From contig JBHGNT010000011.1 in assembly GCA_043228905.1 (NCBI GenBank), positions 4,216,001 to 4,280,000 of the forward strand: DNA of 64,000 nt, in the 5' to 3' direction. The stretch is from Azolla caroliniana. Taxonomy: Eukaryota; Plantae; Polypodiophyta. The stretch's first letter is position 1. Each line of letters opens with the position of its first letter. A model generated the notes under the pieces. It had not been told where the DNA came from and made no database searches. It saw nothing but the letters and a program-made list of their open reading frames with translations. Positions 38,201 to 50,229 of this stretch are shown here, in pieces. Made by a program: the position numbers and the translations under genes.

Positions 38201-39540
38201 ACTCGCCACCGTTGTCGGTTCGGACAACCTTCAGTTTCCGACCCGACTCTCTTTCGGTTCTTGCCTGGAACTCCTGGAAAACAGACAATACTTGATCCTT
38301 CGACTTCAGTATGAAGGCCCATGTCTTCCGACTATAGTCGTCAATAAACATTACAAAGTACTGTCCTCCTCGATGCGATGGAGCATCCACATAGCACACA
38401 TCCGTGTGCACTAGTTCCAGTGCAACATCTCTTCTCCTTGGTGGTCTTGTGTGGCATGTCGTCCTGTTTTGCTTTCCGGCTAAGCAGTTGATACAGTTCT
38501 CCAGGTGCACTCTAATGACTTTTGGTAGAAGTTTTTGGTCGGCTAGAAGGTGCATTCCCTTCTCACTCATGTGGCCTAGCCTCTTATGCCATATCTCCCC
38601 TGCCGAGTCGACTGCCACGTTTACTTCCGATTTGCACAGTCGGGCATGCATCATGTACAATGTGCCTTCTTTCTGTGCTCGGCCACTATGAGGTTTCCTC
38701 GGCAGAACTTCCACTTGCCATTCCGGAAACTACCTCTGTAGCCTTCGTCGTCAAGCCTTCCAGTCGATATCAGATTCAATCTGATATCGGGGACGTGTCG
38801 AACATCCTTCAACGTTAGTCGACACCCTGTCGACGTCGTTAAGCACACACTTCCGACTCCGGTTATCTTGCACTCTCCACTATCACCCATCTTTACATAG
38901 CCATAATCCCTGGTTGTGTAAGTCGAGAAATACTCTCTCGATTGAGTAATGTGAAAGGATGCGCCGGAGTCGATCACCAAAGTGCACTCTTCGCTTGCAA
39001 GATTTGCACTTGTCTGTTCACATATGAACAAAAGTTCCTCATTGCTTGTAGCAATGGCCAAAGTGTTCTTTTCATCCAGAATTTTCCGGGGTTTGACATT
39101 ATTTCTGACACTCTGGTCTTTTCTCATGTGTCTGCAGTCCTTCTAGAAGTGTCCAGGTTTTCCACAATAAAAGCACATAGGCTTACCTCTGGACTTCGAT
39201 CTGGTGTGGGATTTGTCCGTTCGCTTCAGACTTCTTCTGCGCCGGTCTCTTCCTCTGTCCATGTGTTGAGTCAGATTCGACTCCGTTTGGGACAGAACTC
39301 CTTTGTCTTTCCTCCTTGCCTCCTCGTTTAGGATGCTTGTCTCTACCGTCTGTAAAGACAAGTTCTCTTCTTGACAGGAGGTGCTGAGAGTAACCACTAG
39401 GTTCTCCCAGCTTTCCGGCGGAGTGCACATCAGCAAGATGGCCTGCATTGTGTCATCCAGGGGAAACTTGGTCGCAACAAGTTGATTCACATACCTCATT
39501 AATGTGTTGATGTGTTCGATGATGCTCTCACCGTCTCTGT
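35255..39540 (-). mobile_element. Degraded Ty1/Copia element F (partial gag, PR, INT, RT, RH, PPT, 3' LTR)
   Basis: IDSGAS, VHTDV, RTDNGGEY, LLLYVDDML, HCDNQSA; PPT at 35845-35856; LTR begins at 35842, its far end (~35255) is approximate. Confidence 0.9.
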
Positions 39541-39904
39541 GTGTACCTTCCCACGAAGGCACACTTCCTTTCCGACCTCTGTGTCGGTCCTCTGCTTCAG
39601 TGTCCTCCATACTCTTGAATACGTTGCCTTGCCCGAGGATCACCCCCTTTCTCTGGTCCGCTTGGTCCCTCCATCGTTCTCTGCAATGCCTTGATTGCTT
39701 GTTCAGTGTCGTCATCCGCTATAACTTTCGTCCCCTTGCCGCCACCTTCCTTCTCCTCGGTTTTACATTGCCACGACGGCTGAATTGTCGAGGTCTCCGG
39801 AACCGGTATGGAGGAGTCCTGTCAGGCCTTCTTCTTGAGGCCACCGCTTGGACTCCCCCTGCTTCCGGAGGGTTCAAAATTGTTGTCGACACCATCCTTG
39901 TGTC

Positions 39905-39970
39905 ATGATATGGCAAGACTCGAACCCATGACCTTATGCTACATGGGTCGAGTTCTTACCATTAGACTAT
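39905..39970 (-). promoter_or_regulatory. tRNA-like A/B-box module at the U3 start of the chromovirus LTR (second copy ~44976-45041)
   Basis: Minus strand reads TAGTCTAATGG-32 nt-GGTTCGAGTC. Confidence 0.6.
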
Positions 39971-40415
39971 GAATTGTAATTTGTAGGATATTATTTTCAT
40001 TTATGCTTTATCATAGAAAATTGATGTATATTCCAGATCTCTCTTAAACATTCTAGAAGCTTCAGGATTATTCCTAAAAACACTATAAAAGGAGGCCCAA
40101 GGCATTGTTTTGAACCAAATTGGTTCAACGCCAGTCTTAAGCCTCTTAGCCGCTTGTACGTATCTTTTCACATAATATATTAGCTATTGTCATCATCTTT
40201 CTCTCTCTCTTATCCTCGCTATCTCTCTCTCTCCTCTTCTCACTTCCTCTCTCGGGAATCTTACGCAGTCCCGTCCTCTTAGTACTAATAGTATTGCTCT
40301 TCTTAGTACTAATTCCATCTCTGCTTTAGTACTATTCCTGACAGTTTGAACCAATTTCGGTTTCCTCCAGCCTACTTGTCGTTCTCCCTCATCCTCCTAC
40401 CCTTTTCCCTATACT

Positions 40416-41497
40416 ATGGCTACTGTTAGCGCCCAAGAATATCAATCCATTTTCTCTGAGTTACAGTGCCTAAAAGAAAAGTTTGTTGCCCTGGAACAAG
40501 AAAACCAACGGTTGATAGGGGATCTGCAACAAATCGCTCTCGGAAAACAACAAACGCAACAACAACATGGGGAGTTAGCGTTACGAGTACAACAACTCGA
40601 AGCAGCGTTGCAACAACAAGGATCAAGTCCCCAAGGATTTCATAAATAGCCCAAGATTGGAATTCCTGTGAAATTTGATCGAACGCGATCGCAATTCCGG
40701 GGATTTCTTAATCAGGTACGCTTAGTCATCCAGATGCATCCTTCTCGATATCCCACTGATGCATCTCGAGTCGGCCTAATAGGCACATTACTTGGCGGCT
40801 CAGCCTTGGCATGGTTCGCTCCGCTTCTAGAAAAACAATCGCGATCAACAAGATCCGAAGATTGCGTCAAAGCGATCGTCCAGCCTCTGCCTACGCGGCG
40901 GATTTCCGTCTACTCGCCTCAGATATCCCCTAGGATGACCAGGCCCTCATGGAGCAGTTTCGCTACGGCTTGCGCAATGATGTCAAAGATTTTCTTTTAA
41001 CCTTTCCCGAAGAACCAAAGTCTCTTACGGAGGCAATCAGTCGAGCGGTCCGATGCGACAACCGCCTTTTCGAACAACGTTCGGAACGTCAGTTACAAAT
41101 ACCACGCTCTCGACCGGAACCCACACACGCCTCAGTCACGACTAAACCGTTTGCACGCGATGTACCTCAAGCCAATATTCCGACACCGATGGAGATCGAC
41201 ACCATGCGTCGACGCGGCTCGTTATCGGAAGAAGAAAAGCAACGACGACGTGCCAATCGATTATGTCTTTATTGCGGTGGACCAGGGCATATCGCCATCA
41301 ATTGTCCCCATAGGCCAAGAAGACAGGTAAATCAAATCGTCGCTTGTACTAAACCCGAGTCAATTCTTCCCTTCGGAGTGTCTGATAGTATTAATAGTAC
41401 TAATAGAGTGTCAGATAGTATTCATAGTACTAATAGCCCAAGTATCTCAAACAAATTTGAAATCCTTAGTCAATTAGATGAAGAGTTAAACGATTGA
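40416..41497 (+). pseudogene. gag: Chromovirus gag
   Basis: KFDRTRSQFRGF, PTPMEID, CLYCGGPGHIAINC; stop at ~40647 and an internal deletion near 40840. Confidence 0.9.
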
Positions 41498-41639
41498 GTC
41501 CAGCCAAAATAGGAGCCGTTTGGTTGGACAGCAGCCCTAGATCTGTACAGCCCATTAGTGGTTCCATTCCTTCCAAGCAAGTTAGCAATGTGTTCCTAGC
41601 CCAAGTCATTGTTAGTACTAAAAGTACTCCCCAGTACCC

Positions 41640-44600
41640 GTCCTAGCACTCTTAGATTCCGGAGCTAATTCCTGTTTTATGGATCGAAATTTTGCCCAAG
41701 CTTCTCAGATATCCCTAAGGAAACTTCCTTGTCCCGCATCTGTAGTGGTCATTGATGGTCGTCCCATTGCTTCTGGGAATATTGTAGAAGAATCAGAACC
41801 CATTCAAGTTGTCCTAGGTAGTTTTGTGTGTGTAATATCATTTAATATAATTAGTAGTCCAGAACATCCCATTGTCCTAGGATTACCTTGGTTTGAATTA
41901 CATAATCCAGCCATAGATTGGAGAACAAGAGAAGTCCGATATCGACCACCCCAAGCATCTACTCACCGAGTTTCGACCATTTCACTCCATCAATTACGCG
42001 AAGAAGGACACAAGGAGGCAATGTTCCTATTTGCAATATCAGTACATCCTTCTAGCACTATTAAGAAGGACTCCTCAGTACAACTTCCGGCAAAATATCA
42101 TCCTTATGCCGATGTATTTGACAAGGTAAAAGCCGGTACCCTTCCTCATCACCGTCCCTATGACTATCCCTTGATTTACAACCAGGAACCGAGCCACCAT
42201 GGGGACCAATTTACAACTTGTCACCCACCGAGTTAGAAGTCCTTCAAGCCTACATAGAGGAGAACTTGGGAAGCGGGTTCATCCGTCATTCGAAATCTCC
42301 AGCCGGTGCACCCATCAAGCCTTTTAGAGCGAGTTAATGGTGCCAAGTTTTTTACTAAAATCGACCTACGAGGAGCGTATAACCTCGTGCGGATCCGACC
42401 GGGAGATGAATGGAAAACCGCCTTTTGCACGCGGTATGGGCATTTTGAGTATACTGTTATGCCGTTCGGCCTAACCAATGCACCCGCAGTCTTCCAACAC
42501 ATGGCAAATGATATATTTAGAGACCTCTTGGATATCTGTTTGATCATCTATCTGGATGATCTATTGATTTATTCGAAGACCCAGGAAGAGCACGATTCTC
42601 ATGTACTATTAGTACTAAAGCGTCTCCGCGAGAATGGTCTTTATGCCAAGCTAGAAAAATGTAGCTTTGACTGCAAGCAAGTGGAATTTCTAGGCTACGT
42701 CATCTCCTCAAAGGGCATCGCCATGGATCCAGCTAAAATTCAAACTGTACTAGAGTGGCAAATTCCACGGTCGGTACGAGATGTACAATGTTTTCTAGGT
42801 TTTGCTAACTTCTACCGTAAGTTTATACAGGATTACTCGAAGATTATTTTACCTCTCACACAACTTACGAAGAAGGGCCAAGCATTTCTTTGGTCCATCG
42901 AAGCAGATATGGCTTTTCGGCATCTTAAGAAAGACTTTACATCAGCACCAATTCTGGCTCATGTGGATACAAGCAAACCATTCATCATGGAGGCCGACGC
43001 ATCAGATTTCACCCTCGGTAGCATCCTTTCTCAACAAGGAGATAAAGAAGAGTTGCATCCGGTGGCTTTCCATTCGCGCAAATTCGATGTCGCAGAAATC
43101 AACTACGAAATACATGACAAGGAGTTATTAGCCATCGTGGATTCATTTGTGCAATGGCGGCATTTCTTAGAGGGCTTTCCACATCAGGTCATTGTCTTTA
43201 GCGATCATAAAAATCTTGCTTATTTTCAGAACGCTTGCGTACTAAATCGACGTCAAGCTCGGTGGGCGCAATTCCTCATGCGTTTCGACTTCAAAATCAC
43301 ATATCGACCAGGGAAGCAACAAGGAAAAGCAGATGCACTATCACGGCGTTCATATCTTGCACCTCGTCCTGGTGATGCAACATTTGATAATCAAAAGCAA
43401 GTAATCTTGGGACCAACACGATTGCACACGACGCGGATTTTTCACACCCCGATGGATTCACGGATTACCGATGACATACGTGCAACCTTGAAGACGGATA
43501 GTTTTGCTCAAGACATCCTGGCGCATATTGATACTTCTCGGGCATCCTGTTCTCGGTCTCAACAACCAGGTATTGACTACCGACAATTCGAATATCATGA
43601 TGGTTTGTTATTCTTTAAAAAGCGCGTATATGTCCTCGATTGCTCCTGTCGCCTTCAAATCGTCCAGCATTGTCACGACACCCATACGGCGGGACATTTC
43701 GGTAGTACTAAGACGTTGGAGCTAGTGCAACGATCTTTTTGGTGGCCCCACATGCGCCGTTTTGTCGACGACAACGTTCGGACCTGTGATGCTTGCTGCC
43801 GAGCAAAGATGCCACGACACCATCCATATGGCTTGTTGGAACCCTTACCGATTCCAAGTAAGCCGTGGCAATCTATTTGTCTTGATTTTATCACAGATCT
43901 GCCGTTATCGAAGGGGTTCGATGCTATCCTAACCGTCGTCGATCGATATACGAAGATGGCACATTTTGTGCCGTGTACTAAAGCCATCACTAGCGAGGAA
44001 ACTGCCGCCCTTGTTATGCGTGAGGTATTTCGGCATCATGGCCTCCCAGACAGTATCATCAGTGACCGAGGACCGCAATTTGTCTCCAAATTTTGGCAGC
44101 ATCTCTTCAAGATGCTCAAGGTCTCCTGCAACCTCTCCTCCGGCTACCATCCTCAGACCGAGAGGCAGGCGGAACGAACAAACCAAACGCTGGAGCAATA
44201 TCTCCGGTGTTTCCTGAGTTATCAACAGGACGATTGGGCCAAGATTCTCCACTTTGCGGAGTTTGCGTATAATAATTCTATTCACTCCTCGACTCGGGTC
44301 TCCCCATTTTTCGCTTATACCGGTTTCCATCCTCGCTGGTCGGTGATCGACACCCCGGAGCTACCTACCAACCTTCGTGCCGAGGATCATTTGGAGAGGC
44401 TACGGAAGATCTAGATGGATCTCTCTACTCACCTTCGTCATGCTCAACACACAGAAGACTTATGCGGATCGTCATCGGATTCCCTCCTCTTTTGCCATCG
44501 GAGATCGAGTATGGCTCTTACGTCGTCACATCAAGACTACTTGACCGTGTGACAAGTTGGATTATCGACGACTCGTCCCTTTCGTATTACGGGTAAGATT

Positions 44601-44960
44601 AATGATGTCACATTCCGCCTTGATCTCCCTCCGCAGCTTCAGATACATCCGGTTTTCCATTGTTCTCTTCTTGAACCTTATAAAGCAAACACCATTCCCG
44701 ATCGTGTGACACCACCGCCGCCCCCGCTGGAGTTGGACGCCGGCCCGGAGTATGAAGTTGCTGCCATCCTCGATTCCAAACTTGTTCGCAACAAACTTTA
44801 TTACTTGGTCGATTGGCTCGGTTATAGTCCGAGCGAACGTACTTGGGAACCCGTCGAACATGTTGCCAATGCACAGGATCTTCTTGCTGATTTCCACCGA
44901 AAGTATTCGGACAAACCCGGTCCGCAATCAGCGTTGACTCGTTCCACTCGTCGTCTTTAA
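41640..44960 (+). pseudogene. pol: Chromovirus pol (PR-RT-RH-INT-chromodomain)
   Basis: LDSGA, KIDLRGAY, EADASD, LDFITDLP, ISDRGPQF; chromodomain YEVAAILDSK..YYLVDWLGYSPSERTWEP (44750-44850); deletion near 42310 and several frameshifts. Confidence 0.9.
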
Positions 44961-46654
44961 GGGGGAGATAGTGTCATGATATGGCAAGACTCGAACCCAT
45001 GACCTTATGCTACATGGGTCGAGTTCTTACCATTAGACTATGAATTGTAATTTGTAGGATATTATTTTCATTTATGCTTTATCATAGAAAATTGATGTAT
45101 ATTCCAGATCTCTCTTAAACATTCTAGAAGCTTCAGGATTATTCCTAAAAACACTATAAAAGGAGGCACAAGGCATTGTTTTGAACCAAATTGGTTCAAC
45201 GCCAGTCTTAAGCCTCTTAGCCGCTTGTACTTATCTTTTCACATAATATATTAGCTATTGTCATCATCTTTCTCTCTCTCTTATCCTCGCTATCTCTCTC
45301 TCTCCTCTTCTCACTTCCTCTCTCGGGAATCTTACGCAGTCCCGTCCTCTTAGTACTAATAGTATTGCTCTTCTTAGTACTAATTCCATCTCTGCTTTAG
45401 TACTATTCCTGACACCTTGTGCCTTTGGTTCAACTCTTGTCGGCCGCTTCGACAGTGTGCCGATCCGCCTCATCCGCCACGACCTCGGGGCCGATCTGCC
45501 TCCTTGTACAACATCCTGTCGTCGGTGTGCGTGCTTGTTGCACACCCATGTGATTCTCCTCTACTAGGAGCATTGACTTTAAGTCGAAAAACGAGGGCGT
45601 ATTCTTCCTTGTACAGACCGTCGTCCAGAATGCTCTCAAGTTAGATGTCAGGCCCCCAAGACAAATCTCCACCATCTCATGTTCCTGGACAATCACATTG
45701 ATGGAGGCAAGTGAGTTTTAGATCTCTTTCATCTGGGCCGTATAGTCAGCCACTGACATGTCCTTTTGTCGGACATTGCTCAACTCCTGTCGGAGTTGCA
45801 ACTTCCAGGCCATGGTGCTTGCGGTGAAGACCTTCTTCAGGTTTCCCCAAGCTTCCTTCGGCGTCCTGGCATCCTGGATATGGTGCAACAACGGATCGCT
45901 AACTCTGGATGCAAAGCAATACATAACTCTGGTTGCCGCTTGTTCCCAAGTCGCGAAGTCCCGATGTGTCGCATCCAGCGTTGTATCGTTAGCTCCGTCG
46001 ACATGACTCTAGTAACTGTGCCCGAGGAGGTACTGATGCATCTTGTACGACCAAGATGCATAGTTGGATCTATTGAGCTTCTCCTTCGGGAGCAAGCTAG
46101 CCATTCCTCGGTCCATATTTTTCTTCTGTCTGTTCTTTATCGGGTGTTAGGGTTGGTCTTCAGAAAAAACGCTTGTCAACTATAGAGATTCTTAACCCTC
46201 GCGCCCTGATATCATGTAAAAGAATATGATCACGGAAGCTAAGACAAAATCAGTTACACCAGATAGCAACAAAAAATAGACACAAGTTTAATGGAAACCT
46301 TACACGGGAGAGGTAGAGTTAGAGCAGAACAAAAATATGTGTATATTCCAAAAACACTAAAAACTCTTTGTATATACAATGTGCTCAGTGAGCACTTTTA
46401 TACAAGTCCTTATATGGAATGATAGAAGTACTGACACATACTTCAATGCTCATATGAGCGACTGACACTGACTCCTAAAAATATGCCTACATACTAGGCT
46501 AGATTCGTAGGGCCTCTAACGACCTACCGGTTCCAATTCGATCCATTTCTCTGATTCGGCTCCTGGTTCTGGATACCGATCAAGACACCAATTTGGTTCT
46601 CCATTCCGGATACCGATATGACTCTGGCTTATTCAGCCGATCCAGATCCGGTTT

Positions 46655-47764
46655 GATGCTTCGCACTGTAGCATTTCCGCCTTGTTATCCCGCAAGTATC
46701 GCGACACATCCTTCCCGCATCCTTCCTGTTGAATTGCCCGTTCCGTAGAATGAGCCACTCTACTGCCACCACAATCTCTGACATCGTGCGTCTTATTGTA
46801 GCATCTGCTCGAACATCTCCATCATGTTGTTAGTTTCCGATTGATTTTCCATTTCCTTACCACCCGAGTTTCACGTCGGGTTCACCAATTTGTGTCGTGC
46901 CTTACTGTTGGGAAACAGGTCCCTCCGGATGGGAAGGAAGAAGAACAGTGCCGATGAACAAACTCGGCCGAGGCCGATAGGCCCGGTATGAACCGTATGA
47001 GGAGTACCCGGCTACGGAGAGCCGGATGGTGCAGGCCCGGTATGAATCAGATGAGGAGTACCCGGCTACGGAGAGCCGGATGGTGCAAGCCCGATATGAA
47101 CCGGATGAGGAGTACCCGGCTACGGAGAGCCGGATGGTGCAGGCCCGGTATGAACCAGATGAAGAGACATATTCGTAAATATGTTTTTGAGAGCCCATCG
47201 AGGCTACATTTGTAAATAGCCGAAAAGTCATATTAGTATAAATATGACTTAGGGCAAACTTTAGTTGTTGTTGTCATTCTTCCTTGTTGGTGCAAGAAGA
47301 AACGAGAGTGCATAACTGTACAGAGAGAGAGAGAGAGACGAGGTCGTTGCCTCTATTGTAACCGCCGCCTGTGGCGAAGACTTGTGAGCACGAGGTCGGT
47401 GCCTCAGTGAACTCACTGTTGTATATTCCTACATAGTGACAGTTTGCAGCCTGTGGGTTGCCGTGGTTTTTCCCCTAGTTTGGGGTTTTCCACGTAAACA
47501 TTCTGTGTACCCTTTTCTCTCCTTTGTGTCGCGTGCATTTCGTTTCCTGTTTTTCTGTGTATGAAAAGAAGCTCGGTTGTGGCCGAGCGTTGCGCATAAG
47601 GAACGACAAGTTCCCGACACTTACGACGCCAGATCATTTGCGTGAGTCGGGTGGGAACCGTTGGGGTTTTGGACTAGGACAAAGAAGAATATGAGATAAG
47701 GCTAGTTAGGAAAAGATTGCAAGAAGAAGACATGAAAATCATGAATCCTACGAGTATAGTGTTA
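46655..47764 (-). mobile_element. Fragment of the tRNA-Trp family (partial LTR, PBS 46871-46887, gag start)
   Basis: Homologous to about 1850-2220; LTR end at 46893. Confidence 0.85.
46906..47619 (+). repeat. Solo Copia LTR with 54-bp tandem repeats
   Basis: TGTTGGG...CCGACA; TSD CTTAC (46901-46905 / 47620-47624). Confidence 0.92.
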
Positions 47765-50043
47765 CGGTATTTGGCAGACTTCGCTACCCCATTACATGCC
47801 GCCATACATCGCACGCCTTTCAAGTGGATGGCGATTGAAGAAAAAGCTTACGACGCACTCAAGATAATGTTAACTTAGGCAATGGTCGTACAACCACCAA
47901 ATTGGGCGAAACCTTTCCATGTCTTTGTGGATGCTTCGGATATAGCAATAGGCAGCGCATGGATGAGGTCACGGAGCCGAATTGGTATAGGCCGGTCTAT
48001 TATGCTAGTCGTAAGCTATCTACTACCAAACGGAATTACTCCACAACAGAACGGGAGGCATTGTGAATGATATATAGCATCAACAAATTCCGGCATTACC
48101 TGCTAGGATGAAAATTTACGTTTCATGTAGATCACGCGGCGCTACAATACTTGGTGGAGAAATAGGCATTGACAAGGAAGCTGGCCAGATGGATGTTGCT
48201 GCTCTAGGACTTCGACTTCGTAATTCAGCATTGGCAAGGTACGCAACATGCCATCACAGATTTTTTAAGCAAAATGGATAACAGGGAAAATGACGACGAC
48301 TTTCCCAATGCTGACATTCTACGGGTCGCGAAGATAGCATCAGGGGAAGAGAAAAAATTACCGGATCGCTGGTTGATGGACATGACGTACTTTTTGACCA
48401 CAAGATTGCCACCGCCGCAACAAATGACGGACGAAAAGAAGCGATTGGCTATCCGTAGTCGTAACATTTGCTTGGTTGAAGGAGTCCTTTATCACAAGGG
48501 CAACGATGGAATCTGGCGATGCGGGATACGCCACGATGAGAAGGAGGTTGTGTTGCGCGAAGGCCACTCTGGAATGGTAGGGGGACACTACGCGGGGGAT
48601 GTTACAGCCAGAAAAATATGGCAAGCAGGCTTATGGTGGCCAACTACGCAGAAAAATGTGTATCTATACTATCGAAAGTGTGATTTATGTCAACGAATGG
48701 GGCAACCCACGAAGGTCGCAAGGATGCCACATCAACTGGTTCTCCTACTAGAGCCATTCTAGAAATGGGGTCTTCATTTTTTTGGTCCCTTTACGCCGGC
48801 TGTAGCACGGACCGGCAACGGATATATTTTGGTGGCCACGGATTACTGCACGAAGTGGGTAGAAGCAAAAGCATTACAAGGCAATACGGCGGCATCCACG
48901 GCGAAATTTCTTTACGAATACATCTAGTGCCGTTTTGGCTGCCCCGTCGAACTCATCAGTGACCAAGGGAGCCACTTTCTGAATTCGGTCATCCAAGAGC
49001 CGACACACCATTACGCTGTGGTTCATAAGAAGAGCACACCGTATTATCCGCAGGTGAATGGGCTAGAAGAATCCACAAACAAAACCTTGCATACCATATT
49101 GAAAAGGATTGTGAATGAGAATAGAAAAGACTGGGATACCATACTACATAGTGCCCTGTGGACACAACGCCTTATGGGCGTATCGGACAAGCTACAAAAC
49201 TAGCATACAATCCACGCCTTTCCGGCTAGCATTTGGGCTAGAGGCCGTAATGCCCATCGAATTCCAGGTACCCAATCTGCGGATTCAAGTACGGGACCGG
49301 CTATCAGAAGTCAAGTCCGAGCAAATACAGCTACAATAACTTCTCGAACTCGGTATCCGCAGTATGGCCATACTTGAGCAAGATCAGGTACGGCGTAAGA
49401 CATTCGTGGACCGGCATCGGGACACACGAGAGAAGGACTTTGTAGTAGGAAAGGCCGTATTAGTTTTTCAAACACGCATAAGTCAAATGCCAGGAAAATT
49501 ACGGTTCCGATGGATAGTTGGAGCGGAGAACGACACTTTTCAATTAGGAACTCTCGTTGGGAAGTTACTTCGACAAAAAGTGAATGGGTTCCGATTAAAA
49601 CCTTATCTAGGACCTACGCTTGCAAACCCGTTTCACGCCGTCACTGACACAATAGAGGGGCCCATACACTAAATAATAGTTGTGGCCCTCTTGTAAAATA
49701 ATGTAACAGTAATATTGTACTTAACCGTTGAAAAAAAAAGAGAGGATGGGCACGACTATTAAAAGGACTTTATGCATGCACAAACTTCAAGATCAAGAAC
49801 ACGCGGCACCAAGATGACACACGGGTCAACGAACCCTAGAACACAAAAAGAGAAAAACAGAAGGTTTTCTACACATTACGGAAACAATCTTCACCCTTCA
49901 GCTATCTTCGCTCTCCTCGCTCACCATCGTACCACAGAACCCATGTCCACCATAGCTTGCAAGCTTCGCCCAGTTCTCACAAGCCCCATCCAACCACGAT
50001 GTCGATCACCATCTCTGCAGCTTTACGCAAATGGCTCTTGGAA

Positions 50044-50229
50044 AAGGGTTTTGAGGGGTACATCAAGGTTGCCGAGGCACCAACACATCTAGACGCTCTT
50101 GGAATCGCCAAAAAGCGCAACGTGGACACTGTGACAAAGGGTTTTGAGGGGTACATCAAGGTTGCCGAGGCACCAACACATCTAGACGCTCTTGGAATCG
50201 CCAAAAAGCGCAACGTGGACACTGTGACA
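50044..50229 (+). repeat. 93-bp in-frame tandem duplication in the extra ORF
   Basis: KGFEGYIKVAEAPTHLDALGIAKKRNVDTVT occurs twice. Confidence 0.95.

Larger units (their letters stand above)
39901..45414 (+). mobile_element. Chromovirus (Tcn1/Tf1-like Gypsy) with paired 443-bp LTRs
   Basis: LTRs at 39901-40343 and 44972-45414 (TGTCA..TGACA); TSD CCTTG; PPT AAGGGGGAGA; RT IIYLDDLLIYS; INT; C-terminal chromodomain. Confidence 0.95.
39541..46653 (-). mobile_element. Truncated Copia element G (LTR 46215-46653, degenerate PBS-iMet, gag), interrupted by a chromovirus
   Basis: gag MDRGMASLLPKEKLNRSNYASWSYKMHQY matches the element at 62858; LTR similar to 62360-62763. Confidence 0.8.
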
